The notes under the pieces: generated by a model
The model's input: the letters and a program-made list of their open reading frames with translations, nothing else
Databases searched by the model: none
Told to the model about the DNA's origin: nothing
Translations under genes and position numbers: made by a program
Part shown: positions 38,591 through 51,605 of the stretch, piece by piece
How the letters are laid out: each line of letters opens with the position of its first letter
How positions within the stretch are numbered: the first letter of the stretch is position 1
Assembly: GCA_965113315.1 (NCBI GenBank)
Contig: OZ220373.1
DNA length: 64,000 bases
Source of the DNA: Podarcis vaucheri
Lineage: Eukaryota
Direction: 5' to 3' (one strand)

Positions 38591-41059
38591 GTAAATTCCA
38601 CTGTTTCCATAGACTTAAGAGAGAAATATTGTAGTCTGTAATTACACAGCATGACTGGGTTGGGGTACCCTAGCGCTTCCAACGATCACTTTGGAACCAG
38701 ACTAGAATGAAAGTTTGAAATTTTAGTTTTTAATGCTGGTTTAAACACATTAATGGTAAGTTTTAGCAGCAGCAACACCAGAAAATTCCTTAGGTAACAA
38801 AGTCCAGAGGAAATAAAAAGCTATTTGCCTGTTGCTCAGACCAGACAAATTTCATAAAAAAGGTGCTGCAACAGAGAAGGCCATCCCTCTGGTCCTTGCC
38901 CACCTCATTTCAAATAGCAGAGACACTGAAAATTATTTCCAGATTATTGCTGTACATAGACAGGTTGATGAGTAAACTAATCTTTCTCTAGGTCCTCAGT
39001 CTTAACAGTGTTTCACAGGAAAAAACACCAGCATGTGGGGGTGGAAATAAAGGTATCATCAGGTTGTGGAGCTGACATTTTCACAATAAACCTTTTGGTT
39101 TTAAGTGATTTTCAATTTGCATTTGTATAGAAAAAAGATTCTACATAGCTGATCGCACACATAATATCTGATCACAAATATATATTCATTTCCATTCACA
39201 GTTAGTGCCTAAATAATTGATACTGGTTCCTAAAATGGAACTGTTTTTCCAGCTCTGGGTTGAAAGCTTCGTGCACATAAAATGCTCAGTTCACACAATT
39301 CAAATGAAAGAAACAAGAGACAGCAGTGTCATATAGAAATACATTTAAGCAAAGTATGGAGTCTTTAAGCATTAACATAAAACATGAGGACAGAAGGAGA
39401 GACAAGAAAATAACATTATGGTTGTAATTTTAAAGCAATTGTACTATGACAGAACTTCTCTGAAACATGAATACTTGATAAGTTACACATTGATTTCACT
39501 GCAAATCTTACTAAAGTTTATCAAATCAAAATGCCTATACAACAAAATTATATACCAGAAATATATTTACAGTTTGGGAACTGTCATTTTCCAGTCCTGA
39601 TTTTATGCTTTTTTTTTCATTAGGAGACATAATATAGACCAACTGAAATATGTAATAGAAATAAATTGTAGTACTGTACTGACAGCCACTAACATTTCTG
39701 TAGGTTCAAATTTTCCCAAACACTCTTTCCCAGGGGCTTGTTTGGAGACATTGAATTGAAAGCTTTCTTCAAAGCAAGCCTGCTGCTAGTGCCACAAGGC
39801 CACTTAGTGAAAAACTAACATTTTCCTTTCAGAAATTATGTGTTCTGATAGATAATCAGATATAAGAGATAGGAAACTTTCCTGTAGTGAGTTCTGTTAT
39901 CTTCTGGGATCATCTACATTTCATCAAGCAACATATTCTGAAACCTTTTCCCACATAAATCATCTGGCAGTTTCTTGGAAAATTATTTTTCTGCCATCTG
40001 CAGCATAGTTACATTCTAGGGTGTCAAAACAGAGACGATAACTTCCTGGATAGTTGCCTGAATTATAAAATTTGCCAGATTACTACAAACTAATAAATTT
40101 GAATAGTTACTAGTATATTTTATGGCTATAGTGATAAATGCGGATAGGCATTAAAGAGAGTTGTCAAGTGGTAACAACAAGGTTTCTAACTGATCCTGTG
40201 TATAATCTAAAAGATCAGTTATTATTAATCTTCCTTAGTACTGTCTGTGTATCAAAACACTTGTTCCAGGCACTAAAGCACAGCAATAATCTATAGTCAG
40301 TGCAATAGTTGCTCTCTCAGAGTTCTTCAGGATTTCTGAAGCTCTTCATTCTGAATATATTCACATAATGCAATATGTATGCAACACAGCTCCTAATATA
40401 TTGCCATTAAATACAGTATTTTGAAATACTGATTACTTGCTCTCAGTGTTTGCCTCTCCCTGGAGATTGCAGTGTTAATTATACAATGCCTGACCCTACC
40501 AATCAGGTTTACTTTATCTGGCCAGAAACGTCAGTAGTAGTCTCGACAGCAAATGAAATGTGTGAAAGCTGAAACAGCCAGCAAAATCCCTGAGAACAGC
40601 AGGATTTGAGTAATAAGGAAGCAGTGCACATATGGGCAGAGAATTAACTGGCACTGGTTGTCATTTGAAAGCCTCTCAGGTATTGACTTGCAGATAGGTG
40701 GATGAGTACTGAGAGAAATGCTGTGAGCGATGAAGGTCACAGATGAGACTCCAGTTGCTTTTCTGAAATGCCACGCCTTAAATTGTGGCAGCAGTATGAT
40801 TCCTATTCCTATTGTCTCTGGGTTTTCTTGCCCTCTGTTTGAGTTATTTGAATACTTAAACGAGTCAGCTGTGCCGCATGCTGTGAACTCTTTTGCATCT
40901 AAATATTGAGTTTAGTGGCTGGCAAAGGCAATAAAGTTTTAAAAGAAAATCAATATATTCAGCAAAAGCAAATCTTCAGCTGTAGGGATGTGTGTTCTTC
41001 CAAGCATCTTCCTCATAAGATTTCTGCTTAAGATCTATTTGCCCCAAGAGTTCAAGACA

Positions 41060-41520
41060 AGATTTTCTAATGAAGTGTGGGCTGATGTTACCAACTTTTC
41101 CCTCCAGAGGTGGACCCCCAGTTAGGATGGTCAAACCCCCAAAACTTATGGATTCTGATGGATTCCTGACCATTCTGGGGGGTTTTCTGGTGGATAAAGC
41201 TGGTGATCCTTCTGAGGCCCTCATCTTGCTGTGAAATGGCATGATGCAAAGGGCCATAAGTACAATCACTCCTGAGTGTCCTCTCTGAGAATATGGAACA
41301 CATTCTCTGCCCCTGGTATACCGGGGAGAGATGTGCTATGAAACAGGCTAAACAATGTAGAACACAGGTGGTGAATGCCCTGCTATGAAGAAAACCAAAT
41401 GTGTGTTGGAGCACATAACCATGTGGGCAGTGAGCAGGGCCAACTTTGCTGCTTCCGTCACTTCATTGTGTAATCAGCCATTAGAGCCCTTCAGGGTGGA
41501 CCATAGAGTGTCGACACCAA
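41060..41520 (+). mobile_element. L2 LINE ORF2 internal fragment
   Basis: Translates (with frameshifts) MV.P.KLMDSDGFLTILGGFLVDKAGDPSEALILL*NGMMQRAISTITPECPL...APWYTGE...MKQAKQ, resembling the squamate L2 EN-RT linker. Confidence 0.7.
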
Positions 41521-42956
41521 ATTGGTTAATGGAGGCCGGAACACCTCTGAGAGTTGCTTTGATGACCAAAATTAATCTTGAGGAATGACTATAATAGAAT
41601 AATTATACAGTAGTTGAATAATTAACATTTTCTAGTAGAACTCTAGTGTTTATTATGACCACTGGTTAATTACTGTTTAAGCATCTGCAGTGCATTACTC
41701 TTTAGTACACACACTGGATAATTATTTGCTACCTTTAAAACTAAATAATGTTGTCAAATAGAAAAAGACGAACCTTGCGTGCAATAACTCAACTTTATTC
41801 CCTTGAACAGTGTAATCTTGTTTCTATATATTGGACTGTGTGCTTATCAAAAACTTAGTGGGTTGTGTGTTTCTCTAGAAAGATGATTATGTATTTCTTG
41901 ACAGACACCACTGCTCATAAAAAGAACATTCTTACTTGTGTCGCCTTTACGTTTCCCCTGTAGACAGACCACATGCTCTAATTATGCATGCTGAGAGGCA
42001 GGCTGGTATAGTGGCGAACTTTCCCTCAACAGCTGCCTGCCAAGCTTTCTCAGTGTTCAGCAGCAGGTTGAGTGGTCTAATGTGAGAAAGTAACAAGGCC
42101 CCAAAGGAAATGTTCTCTTCACAATGAGCAGTCACATCTTCATATCATTTAAGATCACCTCCCCATGCCTTGTTCTTGCCAGTCCTGGGAATAACTTTCT
42201 ATCTAATTTTCATGGTTTGCTTGTTGCCATATAGAATGGTTTTTAAAAGGGGGGGGGGGGCGGCAAGAAAAATGTTGAGAAATAACATTTTTAAACTGTG
42301 GATATCAGTGTTTATTGCAAACGTCCTTAAATGCTGATATATTGAGAACAGATATATACATATTTTATGTACTTTTTTAAAAAAAGCAGAGTTTCAGTCT
42401 TAATATTCCGCCCCCCCCAAAACAGAAATATTTCTGTAGCTGTGGTGAACTACTTTTTGGTTGAGATGATGTAATAATTGTTTTTGTTTTTTTGTTATGT
42501 CTTTTGTGTTCTCGTTTTGTATTTTTATGTTATATATTACATTTTTATGTTATATTTAAATATTTAGATGAAGGGTGGTATACAAATTCAATGAATAAAA
42601 TAATAAACACATAAAAATATATTGAGAGAACCAGAGATGGAAAGCAGGATGGAAGTTAAGAGTCTAGCTTCCATTTTATTTACATTTTAGATAATTATAT
42701 TTTATTTATTTACTTTATATGCCACTCCATAACAAAAGCAGTCAGGGCAGCACAAGGTGAGTCAATGTATATGGATGGAATAGAACTTGAAGGTTACACT
42801 ATTTGACCAACTTTGTCATTAAGCACGATACACATTGCGTGCTATACAAACAAATGATAATCAGAGCAAAATAGGTTTCTGAGGATTTTCACTGAGTCTA
42901 ACTATGATTGTATGACACTTTACATAATTTTCTTACTTTCTTCTGTTTCTCACCAG

Positions 42957-43026
42957 GGAGCAGTCCTCAAGATAGCCCTAGAAATTTTTCTCCTAGTGCC
43001 TCAGCCCACTTTTCTTTTGCACGAAG
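42957..43026 (+). CDS. MAST4: MAST4 exon (GSSPQDSPRNFSPSASAHFSFAR-R)
   Basis: TTTCTCACCAG acceptor, AG|GTAGGA donor, 70 nt, phase 1 to 2. Matches MAST4 SPQDSPRNFSPSASAHFSFARR. Confidence 0.96.
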
Positions 43027-43379
43027 GTAGGATGGGTTTGTGTGTATTTGATGTGTCATAATTCATAGTTGGGAATCATGCTTCACTTTGCATTTATGCA
43101 TCTATAATATGCTGGTGGAGGTAAGAAACACCAATATATGTTGCCTTAAAATGCAATTCAATTTATAATAGTCTTCGCAACTTGCTTCTTGATACTGCTA
43201 ATTTCTTGCAATATCTAAAGTTCATTTATATAAGAACCAGGATTATCACCTCTTTCCCTTCCTTCGTAGTAATTTAATTTAACTTAATTTAATTAATTTT
43301 AAAAAGACTAGAAAATACGTATAGAATTTACAACGGCCTGTAATCCAGCCCTTGCAAAACTGTATTAGTGAATTATAGA

Positions 43380-43520
43380 AACCCAGAATTGTAGAGTTGG
43401 AAAGGACCTTGAGGGTCATCTAGTTCAACCTTCTGCAAGGCAGGAATCTCACCTCGATCAGATGGCCATACAACCTCTGCTTAAAAACCTCCAAGGAAGG
43501 AGTGCCCATCACTTCTCATG
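43380..43520 (-). mobile_element. CR1 LINE extreme 3' end
   Basis: AGAATTGTAGAGTTGGAAAGGACCTTGAGGGTCATCTAGTTCAACC...CAACCTCTGCTTAAAAACCTCCAAGGAAGGAG, an antisense CR1 terminus. Confidence 0.7.
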
Positions 43521-46460
43521 ATAGGTATCAGTACATTCTAAAACCTTCCACTCATAAATTGGTATGTGCTATTTAATGCGGCATCTTGAGAGAGAGTCCT
43601 TTGACTTCAAACTAGCTCTTCCACAACTGTAATGATACGTGTGTTGTTATGGGAAATACTGAATGAGTTTATCTACCCCAGTGATTTCCAAAACCAGTTT
43701 CCTACTACACTGAAAGGAGCCAACTGGGGTGGAGTACAGTATGGGAATCTGTCAAAAGAGATTGTCACTACATTGTCATTCTGCAGAACTATTAATTAAG
43801 CCACAATGCTGTGTAGTGAGTCACCCAGAGAAGAGCTGCCATTGTTGATTAGGGTGACTCTACTGATGAAGATGCCCCTAGCAGAACAAAATCCAGAAAA
43901 TAAGACAGAGTGAAAGTTGTGTTAGAAAAAGAGTGGATCCTGCCTCATCTGGCATAGTACCTCAGAGATTAGAATGTAAAAGAACCAATGACTACCCTGA
44001 AGAGAGTGCTAGGTTTTGTCTACCCAGGAACACCTTTGTGAGGATTAATTTTTGTATAGTTCTTGGAAGATGCATTTGTGATTGTATAGTACTATTGCAT
44101 CAGTATAAGTGATCTGTTGGTCACCTGAAGTATTTGACTAATCCGAAGCATAGGATTACATTTACTTGTGAATACATTGCGGGTTGGTTAATGGGTACTC
44201 AGCTGTATCAGAAAATGAACCCATTCTATATAAAGGAAACCAGTGTTTTCTAAAAAAATGTTATCTGAAGCATGCACAGATAACCAGTGTAGCTGATACG
44301 TAGCATGAAGTTCAAATGCTACACCTTCCTCCCCACCTGTCTCGGCAACCATAAATAGATGTGAAAATAACATTAAAACTGGAATGTTTGAACATGATAA
44401 TTGTCAAATGCTGGACAATGACCCCAATTTCTCTAGTGGATTCAGTACCCTGGGTAAGAAATACCTCTTCTCCAAATAACTGCAGTCTCCTGCAGTTTTT
44501 GCCTGTGATCCTTTCTCTTTTTCGGTGATTGGAGTGAGAAGAAAGCCACAAACCTGAATACACTTCCATTTGTCATGGCCTTATAGAAATCATATAAGTA
44601 TTAACGTTGGGAGGGACAGATGCATAAAATGTTACATCTTGATTATATACAGATTTATTTGAAAATTCTGATTGATTTATCTTGCAGTTTCTATTCTTTC
44701 AACATTTTCTTTAAGGATATACTATTCCTTCCCAATTTATTTCCCATCTTCTTTTCATATTTGCTCAGAAACATAAACCACTACTATGTATTTCAGAATA
44801 GCCGATTGAAAACTAATTTACATTGTGTGCCAGTTTTATACACCAGAGGAAATACCAATAGGAAAAAATAGAACTGTAGCATAATAAATTGCATTGATTC
44901 TCTGAGTTGTAACTATTACCATGAACAAAATTCAAAGCCAGGAATGCAGGAGTTACCCCTTCTTCTATTTGTATATAGTAATTTCCCATTGTAAAGACTA
45001 AGTTTTGCCTTGCTCATAGAATAAAACAGAGGATCTTATGCACATGTGTTTTATTGAAAGCCCAGCCTAAGAGTTTTGGGAATGGAAAGTAATTGGTTCA
45101 TCCTAACTTTGCTCATTTAAAAGAACTGTACATCTCAAAAATCTGAAAAAAGTCTACCTAACTACTGTCATTACGTGTTTAGGATATGTGTTTTAAATAT
45201 TTAACATTATATATTTGTGCTCATTGAAATGTTTCTCTCTGAATTACTACTTTCGGCAACAATCTATTTTTCAGTGAGGAAATAATTTGTTCTTTAGAAA
45301 GAGGTTCTCGTTCCCCCGCCTTCTAGATTAGAGCAAGTCTTACACAATGCATTTTCTTCATTGCTTTGTTTTCATAGCTTAATGAGCATGCTAGAAGTGG
45401 CAAAGTGCCATTATACCAGCACTCCCTTCTATTTACCCCTCTGCAATATGAGTAAAATTGTCATCACTCTAGCTGACTGCTGTGCATATAGTAAGGATCC
45501 TGAAATACATGTGAGGATACATCACAATATGAGACTTAGTTCTCATACCATGCAAGTGAGAAAGTTGGCAGAGCAAAAAACATAGTATGGTAACATGAAA
45601 GGGGTGACTGTCTAGTCCACAAGACCATCAGTTGTCCATTAATTTCATTTAGATGGTCTTTGGCATGCTTGTAAAAATACAATTAAAAACATTACAACAT
45701 CTAGCACAGCACGTTACAATTGCTCCAACAACTAGAAAAATAATTAAGTGGTCCACCAAGACAACCAAGTGGTCCACAGGGGGGGAAATTGGGAACTACT
45801 GATCTATTCAGCACAGCAGTTTTCTTTAAAACACAACAAATTTCTAATAAGCAAAAGTTCATACATCCTATTACTGAATGGATGCCACTGGTTGCTCTTC
45901 TGGCCTTCTCTGGAAACGTAGCACGACTGGCATCTCCCTATTTCTTCATGGGAAATAGGACTTCATGGGACTTCCACTTTAGAGGTCGCCTTGGTCTGAC
46001 ATCACATTGTTGTAGCATTATGAAAAAAAATCATCAACAGGGTGTTTGTGTAAATAGAAGCAGATCATTGCACTGACCAAAGTTGAGTAAAAGATAGAGA
46101 ACGGGCCTTGAATAAACAACGAAGTTGCATCATTCAGTTATGTCAGGGATGGGGAACCCGAGACCCTCCTTATGTTGGACTCCCAACTCCCTTCAGCCCC
46201 AGCTGCCATAATTATTGATCAGGGGTTATGTGAGTTGTAACCTGACAAAATCTGGAGTACCACAGATCCCCCACCCCAGAGTTGTGGTTTTTTTTTACAT
46301 CTGTTGTAAAATTGGAAGATCTTTTGCAAAATGCCATGCAGGGTACGTCCCCATATATTTTGAAGCTGTCTATGCTGATTGTCATGCTCTTATATTTAGA
46401 AAGTTGTTGTTCTACTTCTTCATTTGTTTTTTAAATATACTTTGCACAATTATAATGCAG

Positions 46461-46481
46461 TCATGGGCATCGAAACGAGAG
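46461..46481 (+). CDS. MAST4: MAST4 21-nt alternative microexon (S-HGHRNE-R)
   Basis: T-rich tract ...TTTGCACAATTATAATGCAG|TCATGGGCATCGAAACGAGAG|GTAACT. Phase 2/2 and frame-preserving. Gives FARSHGHRNERTDGRRW, paralleling MAST2 ARSHSHRADRTDGRRW. Confidence 0.8.
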
Positions 46482-47262
46482 GTAACTGTCACGAAAACTT
46501 ACTACTCTGTTTTTGTGGTTTGTTAATTTGATTGTAAATTTCTGACTAGGATTGCCAACTGCCTAGAAACAAACCAGCCATGCCAGGTTTTTCCTTTTTC
46601 TCAGAACAGTGTTGCTGAAGTGGGGTGGGGAAAGGGGATTAACTATTAGTTAAGCAGCGCTGTGTAACCTTGTTGCATATACGGGTCACATGGGTCACAA
46701 AAATGTAAAAGGCCACTGGAGCCCAGGAAGATAGCATTGAAGGAGCTCTCTTCACCATTGTGCTGGCAAGCTTATCTGCTCTCTCTCCCCCCCCCCCCCC
46801 GCACTGATTAGCAATCACAGAGCTATCAGTTGTGTTGGATGCAGACAGTGCATATCATGTGTATGTTATTTTCTACTTTTGTCTGTGAAACAGTTGTAGC
46901 CTCCTGTTAGACATGGATGGTAGTGCTGTAGCAGAGGAATTATAAACACAGGCACTAACTGCACATGTTACATCAGCAGAGTATTTAGGCTTCATCCAGC
47001 TGAAAATTTGAGTTGGCAGTCCTATGTCTGAATGTGGACTACATGTAGCAGAATTTGAAATTGTCCTACATGGTAAATGTTTTGTTCTACCAAAATTTAT
47101 AATTTTATGAAAATGTTTAGTTTTGCAAGTCACGTTGCTGTAATTCTTGGTTCATTTTATATACATTTCCATGTGCATTCAATTTTCTAGCCTATCATGG
47201 TTGTGCATCGGTCTCTCCTCCATCCTGTTCCTGTTTTGCATTGTCTCTAACCGATATCCTAA

Positions 47263-47547
<285 letters not shown>

Positions 47548-48489
47548 TAGATAGATAGGTAGATAGCTTCTGCTTGTAATATATTCTCAGATTCAGCCCT
47601 TGTAAGATTTCAAACAATAATGTAGATTTCTACTAGTATCTACAGTAGGGGTAGGGTTATAGGGAGATAGGGGGAGGCTCTATCCCAGCAATACCATCTA
47701 TTAACATTTTAAAGGATTTTGATTGGGTTGCCCACTATGCTTGTCAAAATATTTACTATTTTAACTTTTCCTGGCAATTAGTTCCCCCCTCCTTTCTCAT
47801 AATTCATACAATAGATGCTGTCTCACTGACATAATTGAGAACTTGCACTGATCCTCTGCCCAAAAATGCTATTCAAGTAGAGCTGTATTTCTAACGAATA
47901 CACTTTTTCTGTTATTGTCCCTCTTTCAACAGACACACTGTGTGTTATAACCACTGTTGATTTCCCTTCCTTCATATAATATACAGTACAACATGATAGT
48001 ATATTTTATATATGCCAGAAGGTACTTTGTATCCTCCCATAACTCATTTTCACTTTGAAATTTTTATTTAGCAGGATTCCATGCATTGCTTAGCTATAAT
48101 ACAAATGTTATTTTTCCCGTTACACAGTTTGGGGCCCATTTTCCTTGTAGTAAATCCATGTTCTATTGAAGCCTATCATTTTCACTGCAAGATAGGTTTG
48201 GGTGCCTGAATAATTACATATTCATATCTTGATAGGTACAACCTGGCTCTTCATACTAGTTTTTAAGATTAGGTGATGTTTAGATAACTATAAGAAAATA
48301 CGAACCACAGTTAATCTACTGGTAGGTTGTTAAGAGATCACAGCATAAATTGTCATATTCTGTTATTGCTTTAAACCTTCTGGAAAATAGTTTCATGTAA
48401 ACTGTTATGTTGAGAAAATTAAGAAAAAGCCTTTGAACTATCTGTCATTGGGAAGATGGCTCTGAATAATAAACATAGATAAAATAAAA

Positions 48490-50230
48490 ACTGACAAATT
48501 GCCAACTGGGTCCAGATGGCATTCGCCAGAGAGTTCTCAAAGAACTCAAATGTGAAATGGCTGATCTTCCAACAGAAATATGTAACTTGTCACTCAGATT
48601 AGCCTTCATACCAGAGGACTGGAAAGCAGCCAATATAACACCAATTTTGAAAAAGGTATCCAGGGAGATCCTGGAAATTACAGGCCAATTTGCTTAATGT
48701 CTGGCCTGGGAAAACCAGCAGAAAGTATTTTTAAAGATAAGCTAACCAAGCATATAGAAGAACAAGCCTTGCTGAAGCAGAGCTGGCATGGCCTCTGCAA
48801 GGGCAAGACCAGTTTCATGAGCCTATTAGAGTTCTTTGAGATTATGAACAAGCTCACAGGGGTGATCCAGTTGGCATAGCATACTTGGGCTTTCAAAAAG
48901 CTTTCAATTAGGTCCCTCACCAAAGTCTCCCGAGTAAGCTTAGCAGTCATTGACTAAGAGGAGAGGTCATCTTGTGGGTAATTAACAGAAAACAGAGAGT
49001 AGGAATAAATGCGCAGTTCTCTGAATGGAGAAAGGGGAGTCCCCCAAGGATTGGTATTGGAACTGGTGCATTTTAACTTGTTTATAAATGAATTGAAGTT
49101 AGGGGTGAGCAGTGAGGTAGCCAAGCATGCTGATCTGATGATATTGTTCGGGTTTGTTAAAGCAAAAAAGATATTGTGAAATGCTCCAACAGAAATGAAT
49201 GGACAGTAAAACGGCAAATGCAGTTCAGTGCAAACAAGTGTAAAGTGATGCAAAACATTCTAATTTCACACAAACATATATATGCTCATGTAGTCTGAAC
49301 TTGTAGTGACTGACCATGAATGAGACCTTGAGGTTGTAGTGGACAGCTCAATAAAGATGTAGTTCCAGAGTGTGGCAGCTGTGAAAAAGCATTATGACAA
49401 TCTCATAATGCTGTTATACAAATCTGTAGTGTGACCACAACTGAAATACTTTATACAGTTCTGGTCTCTAAACCTCAAGAAGAATATTATAGAGTGGGAA
49501 AAGATTCAGAAAAGGGCATCCAAAGTGATTGAAGAGATGGAGCAATTCTCCTGTGAGGAAAGGTTGAAGCATTTGGAACTTTTTAGTTTAGAGAAAATGC
49601 AAATAGGAGGTGACATGAGAAAAGCTTATCAGATTATGTATAACATGGAGGAAATAGGTAGAGAAAAACGTTTCTGCCTCCTTCTTATTAAACCAGAACT
49701 CATGAACATCTAGTGAAGCTGAATATTGGGAGATTCAGGACAGATAAAGGAAAGTGTTTATTCACACAGTGCACATTTAAACTGTGGATCTATGAGCACC
49801 AACTTAGATGGCTTTAAAAGAGGATTAGATAAATTCATGGAGGAGAAGGCTATCAGTGGCTATAAGTTGTGATGGTTATGATTTACCTCTTCTGTCAGAG
49901 GCAATATGCCTCTGAAAACCAGTTGCTGGCAATTGTAGGTGGGCAGAGTGCTGTTGCGCTCAGGTCCTCCTTGCAGGCTTTTCACAGGGAGTGGAGGACC
50001 TTGGGGTCTCAAATTTCAGCAGTGCCCTGTACAACTGCCAGAATTGGCGTTCCCCACCTCTCATATTCCATTCTAAATCATAGTTGTGGCATTCCCAAGG
50101 CTCCAGACCTAGTGTGACCAAACAGTCACACTCCCCTAAATCTGCCACAGCCTTGTGGTTGGCCACTACCTGAGCAGGATGCTGGACTATAAGGGCCAGT
50201 GACGTGATCCAGCATGACTCTTCTCACACT
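48490..50230 (+). mobile_element. CR1 LINE, degenerate RT + 3'UTR
   Basis: GPDGIRQRVLKELK, EDWKAANITPI.KK, GNYRP, HGLCKGKT..LLEFFE, GVPQG.VLELVHFNLFINEL, and a CR1 3' end (GGATGCTGGACTA...GATCCAGCA). Many stops and frameshifts. Confidence 0.9.
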
Positions 50231-50237
50231 TTTTAAC

Positions 50238-50373
50238 CAGGCATAGGCAAGCTTGGCCCTCCAGATATTTTGGGACTGCAATTCCCATCATCCCTGACCA
50301 CTGGTCCTGTTAGCTAGGGATGATGGGAATTGTAGTCCCAAAACATCTGGAGGGCTGAGTTTGCCTATGCCTG
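50238..50373. mobile_element. Hairpin hAT MITE
   Basis: Near-perfect ~57-bp inverted arms CAGGCATAGGCAA...CATCCCT / AGGGATG...TTGCCTATGCCTG. 8-bp TSD TTTTTAAC / TTCTTAAC. Confidence 0.88.
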
Positions 50374-50829
50374 TTCTTAACTGATCAGTCTGAAGCTGTC
50401 AGCACAAATCACTTAACTTAAGGATTGTATGTAAGCATAGGTAAGGTAAAATTAATAGAAAACTCCTTTGCTCATTGCTTTTTCATCCTAGGTTTTAAAC
50501 AAAGAGGATAGTATTTCAAAAGAAAATCTATTCATAGTAATATTCAAGCAAGCAACTATTTTGGTCTTCAAGATTTATACAGATGTTTGCTTTGTGAATC
50601 TGAATAATTGACTGAACACATGCTTGGAGACTGGATAGGAAATTTCAGTAAGGCATTTCTCCAGAAAGGTGAAGTGTTGCTGCCTCAGGATTTAGAAGCA
50701 GCAGCAACCTGTTAGAAGGAAACTAACTGTTGTTCCCCATCATGTGTTCCTTCTGCAAAGCAAATGTGCCTCTTTACTACACCAAAATAAATATCCATGT
50801 AGGACAGTGTATTAAGTGGAGTGATTCTG

Positions 50830-51020
50830 GAACATAGGAATATAGAAAGCTTCCTTATACCAAGCCAGTCCATCAAGCTCAGTAACGTTGACCCTCACTG
50901 ACAGCAGCATTTGGAGGTTTCCAGTAGGAGTTATTCCCAGCTCTACATGGGAAACACCAGGGGTTGAACCTGGGACTTTTCATATGCAAAGGAGGTGCTC
51001 TACCACTGTGCTATAAGCCT
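50830..51020 (-). mobile_element. tRNA-derived SINE with CR1-like tail (antisense)
   Basis: AACATAGGAA...AGCTTCCTTATACC tail, plus GGTTGAACCTGGGAC...GCTCTACCACTGTGCTAT as the antisense tRNA head. Confidence 0.7.
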
Positions 51021-51447
51021 TCCTCAAAATTGCTTCTGAAAATTGCTTCTGTAACTTTCCAACGCATCATCTTGATAAGTCACCTTCTGCACCAAATTAT
51101 CTTTAAAGTTGCATTACAGCACAGCAAATAAAAAAGGATAGCGGTAGTTAATGGATGATCATGTTATACTATTTTCATACATATGCTTAGCAGTTTTGTC
51201 TGTTTTAAATCCAAGGGCTGAGAGAATACACAGGAAGGGTCCTTGAAATTGCAAGGCTGTATCTGTACAGATGCATATAAAGTGTTTGCATGATGTTATT
51301 GCTTCTATAATCTATTAAGGTTGCATTTTTATTTTCTGTGTTCAGAAAGTTTAGGAATAAGGAAGTTATTCTGTGTACAATCCATACAAATGTTTAACAT
51401 GACTTTAGGGTTATGGTACGAATTTATCTTCCACACGTTTATTGCAG

Positions 51448-51605
51448 TCATCCTGTTCCTCCCAAGAGAAGTTGCACCAGTTACCATACCAACCAACTCC
51501 AGACGAACTACATTTTTTGTCTAAACATTTCTGTGCCACTGAAAGCATTGCCAGTGATAATAGATGTAGGACCACTCAAATGCGGCCGCGATCCAGAAGC
51601 CTGAG
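51448..51605 (+). CDS. MAST4: MAST4 exon ([53 protein letters not shown])
   Basis: TTGCAG acceptor, AG|GTGGGT donor, 158 nt. The LSKHFC.TESIA..NRCR segment is MAST4-specific. Confidence 0.97.

Noticed and set aside
41964-42066. Possible cassette exon (TTTCCCCTGTAG ... CAG|GTTGAG)
   Set aside because: Weak donor. 103 nt is frameshifting, and the 99-nt variant has an in-frame TAA. No homology support.
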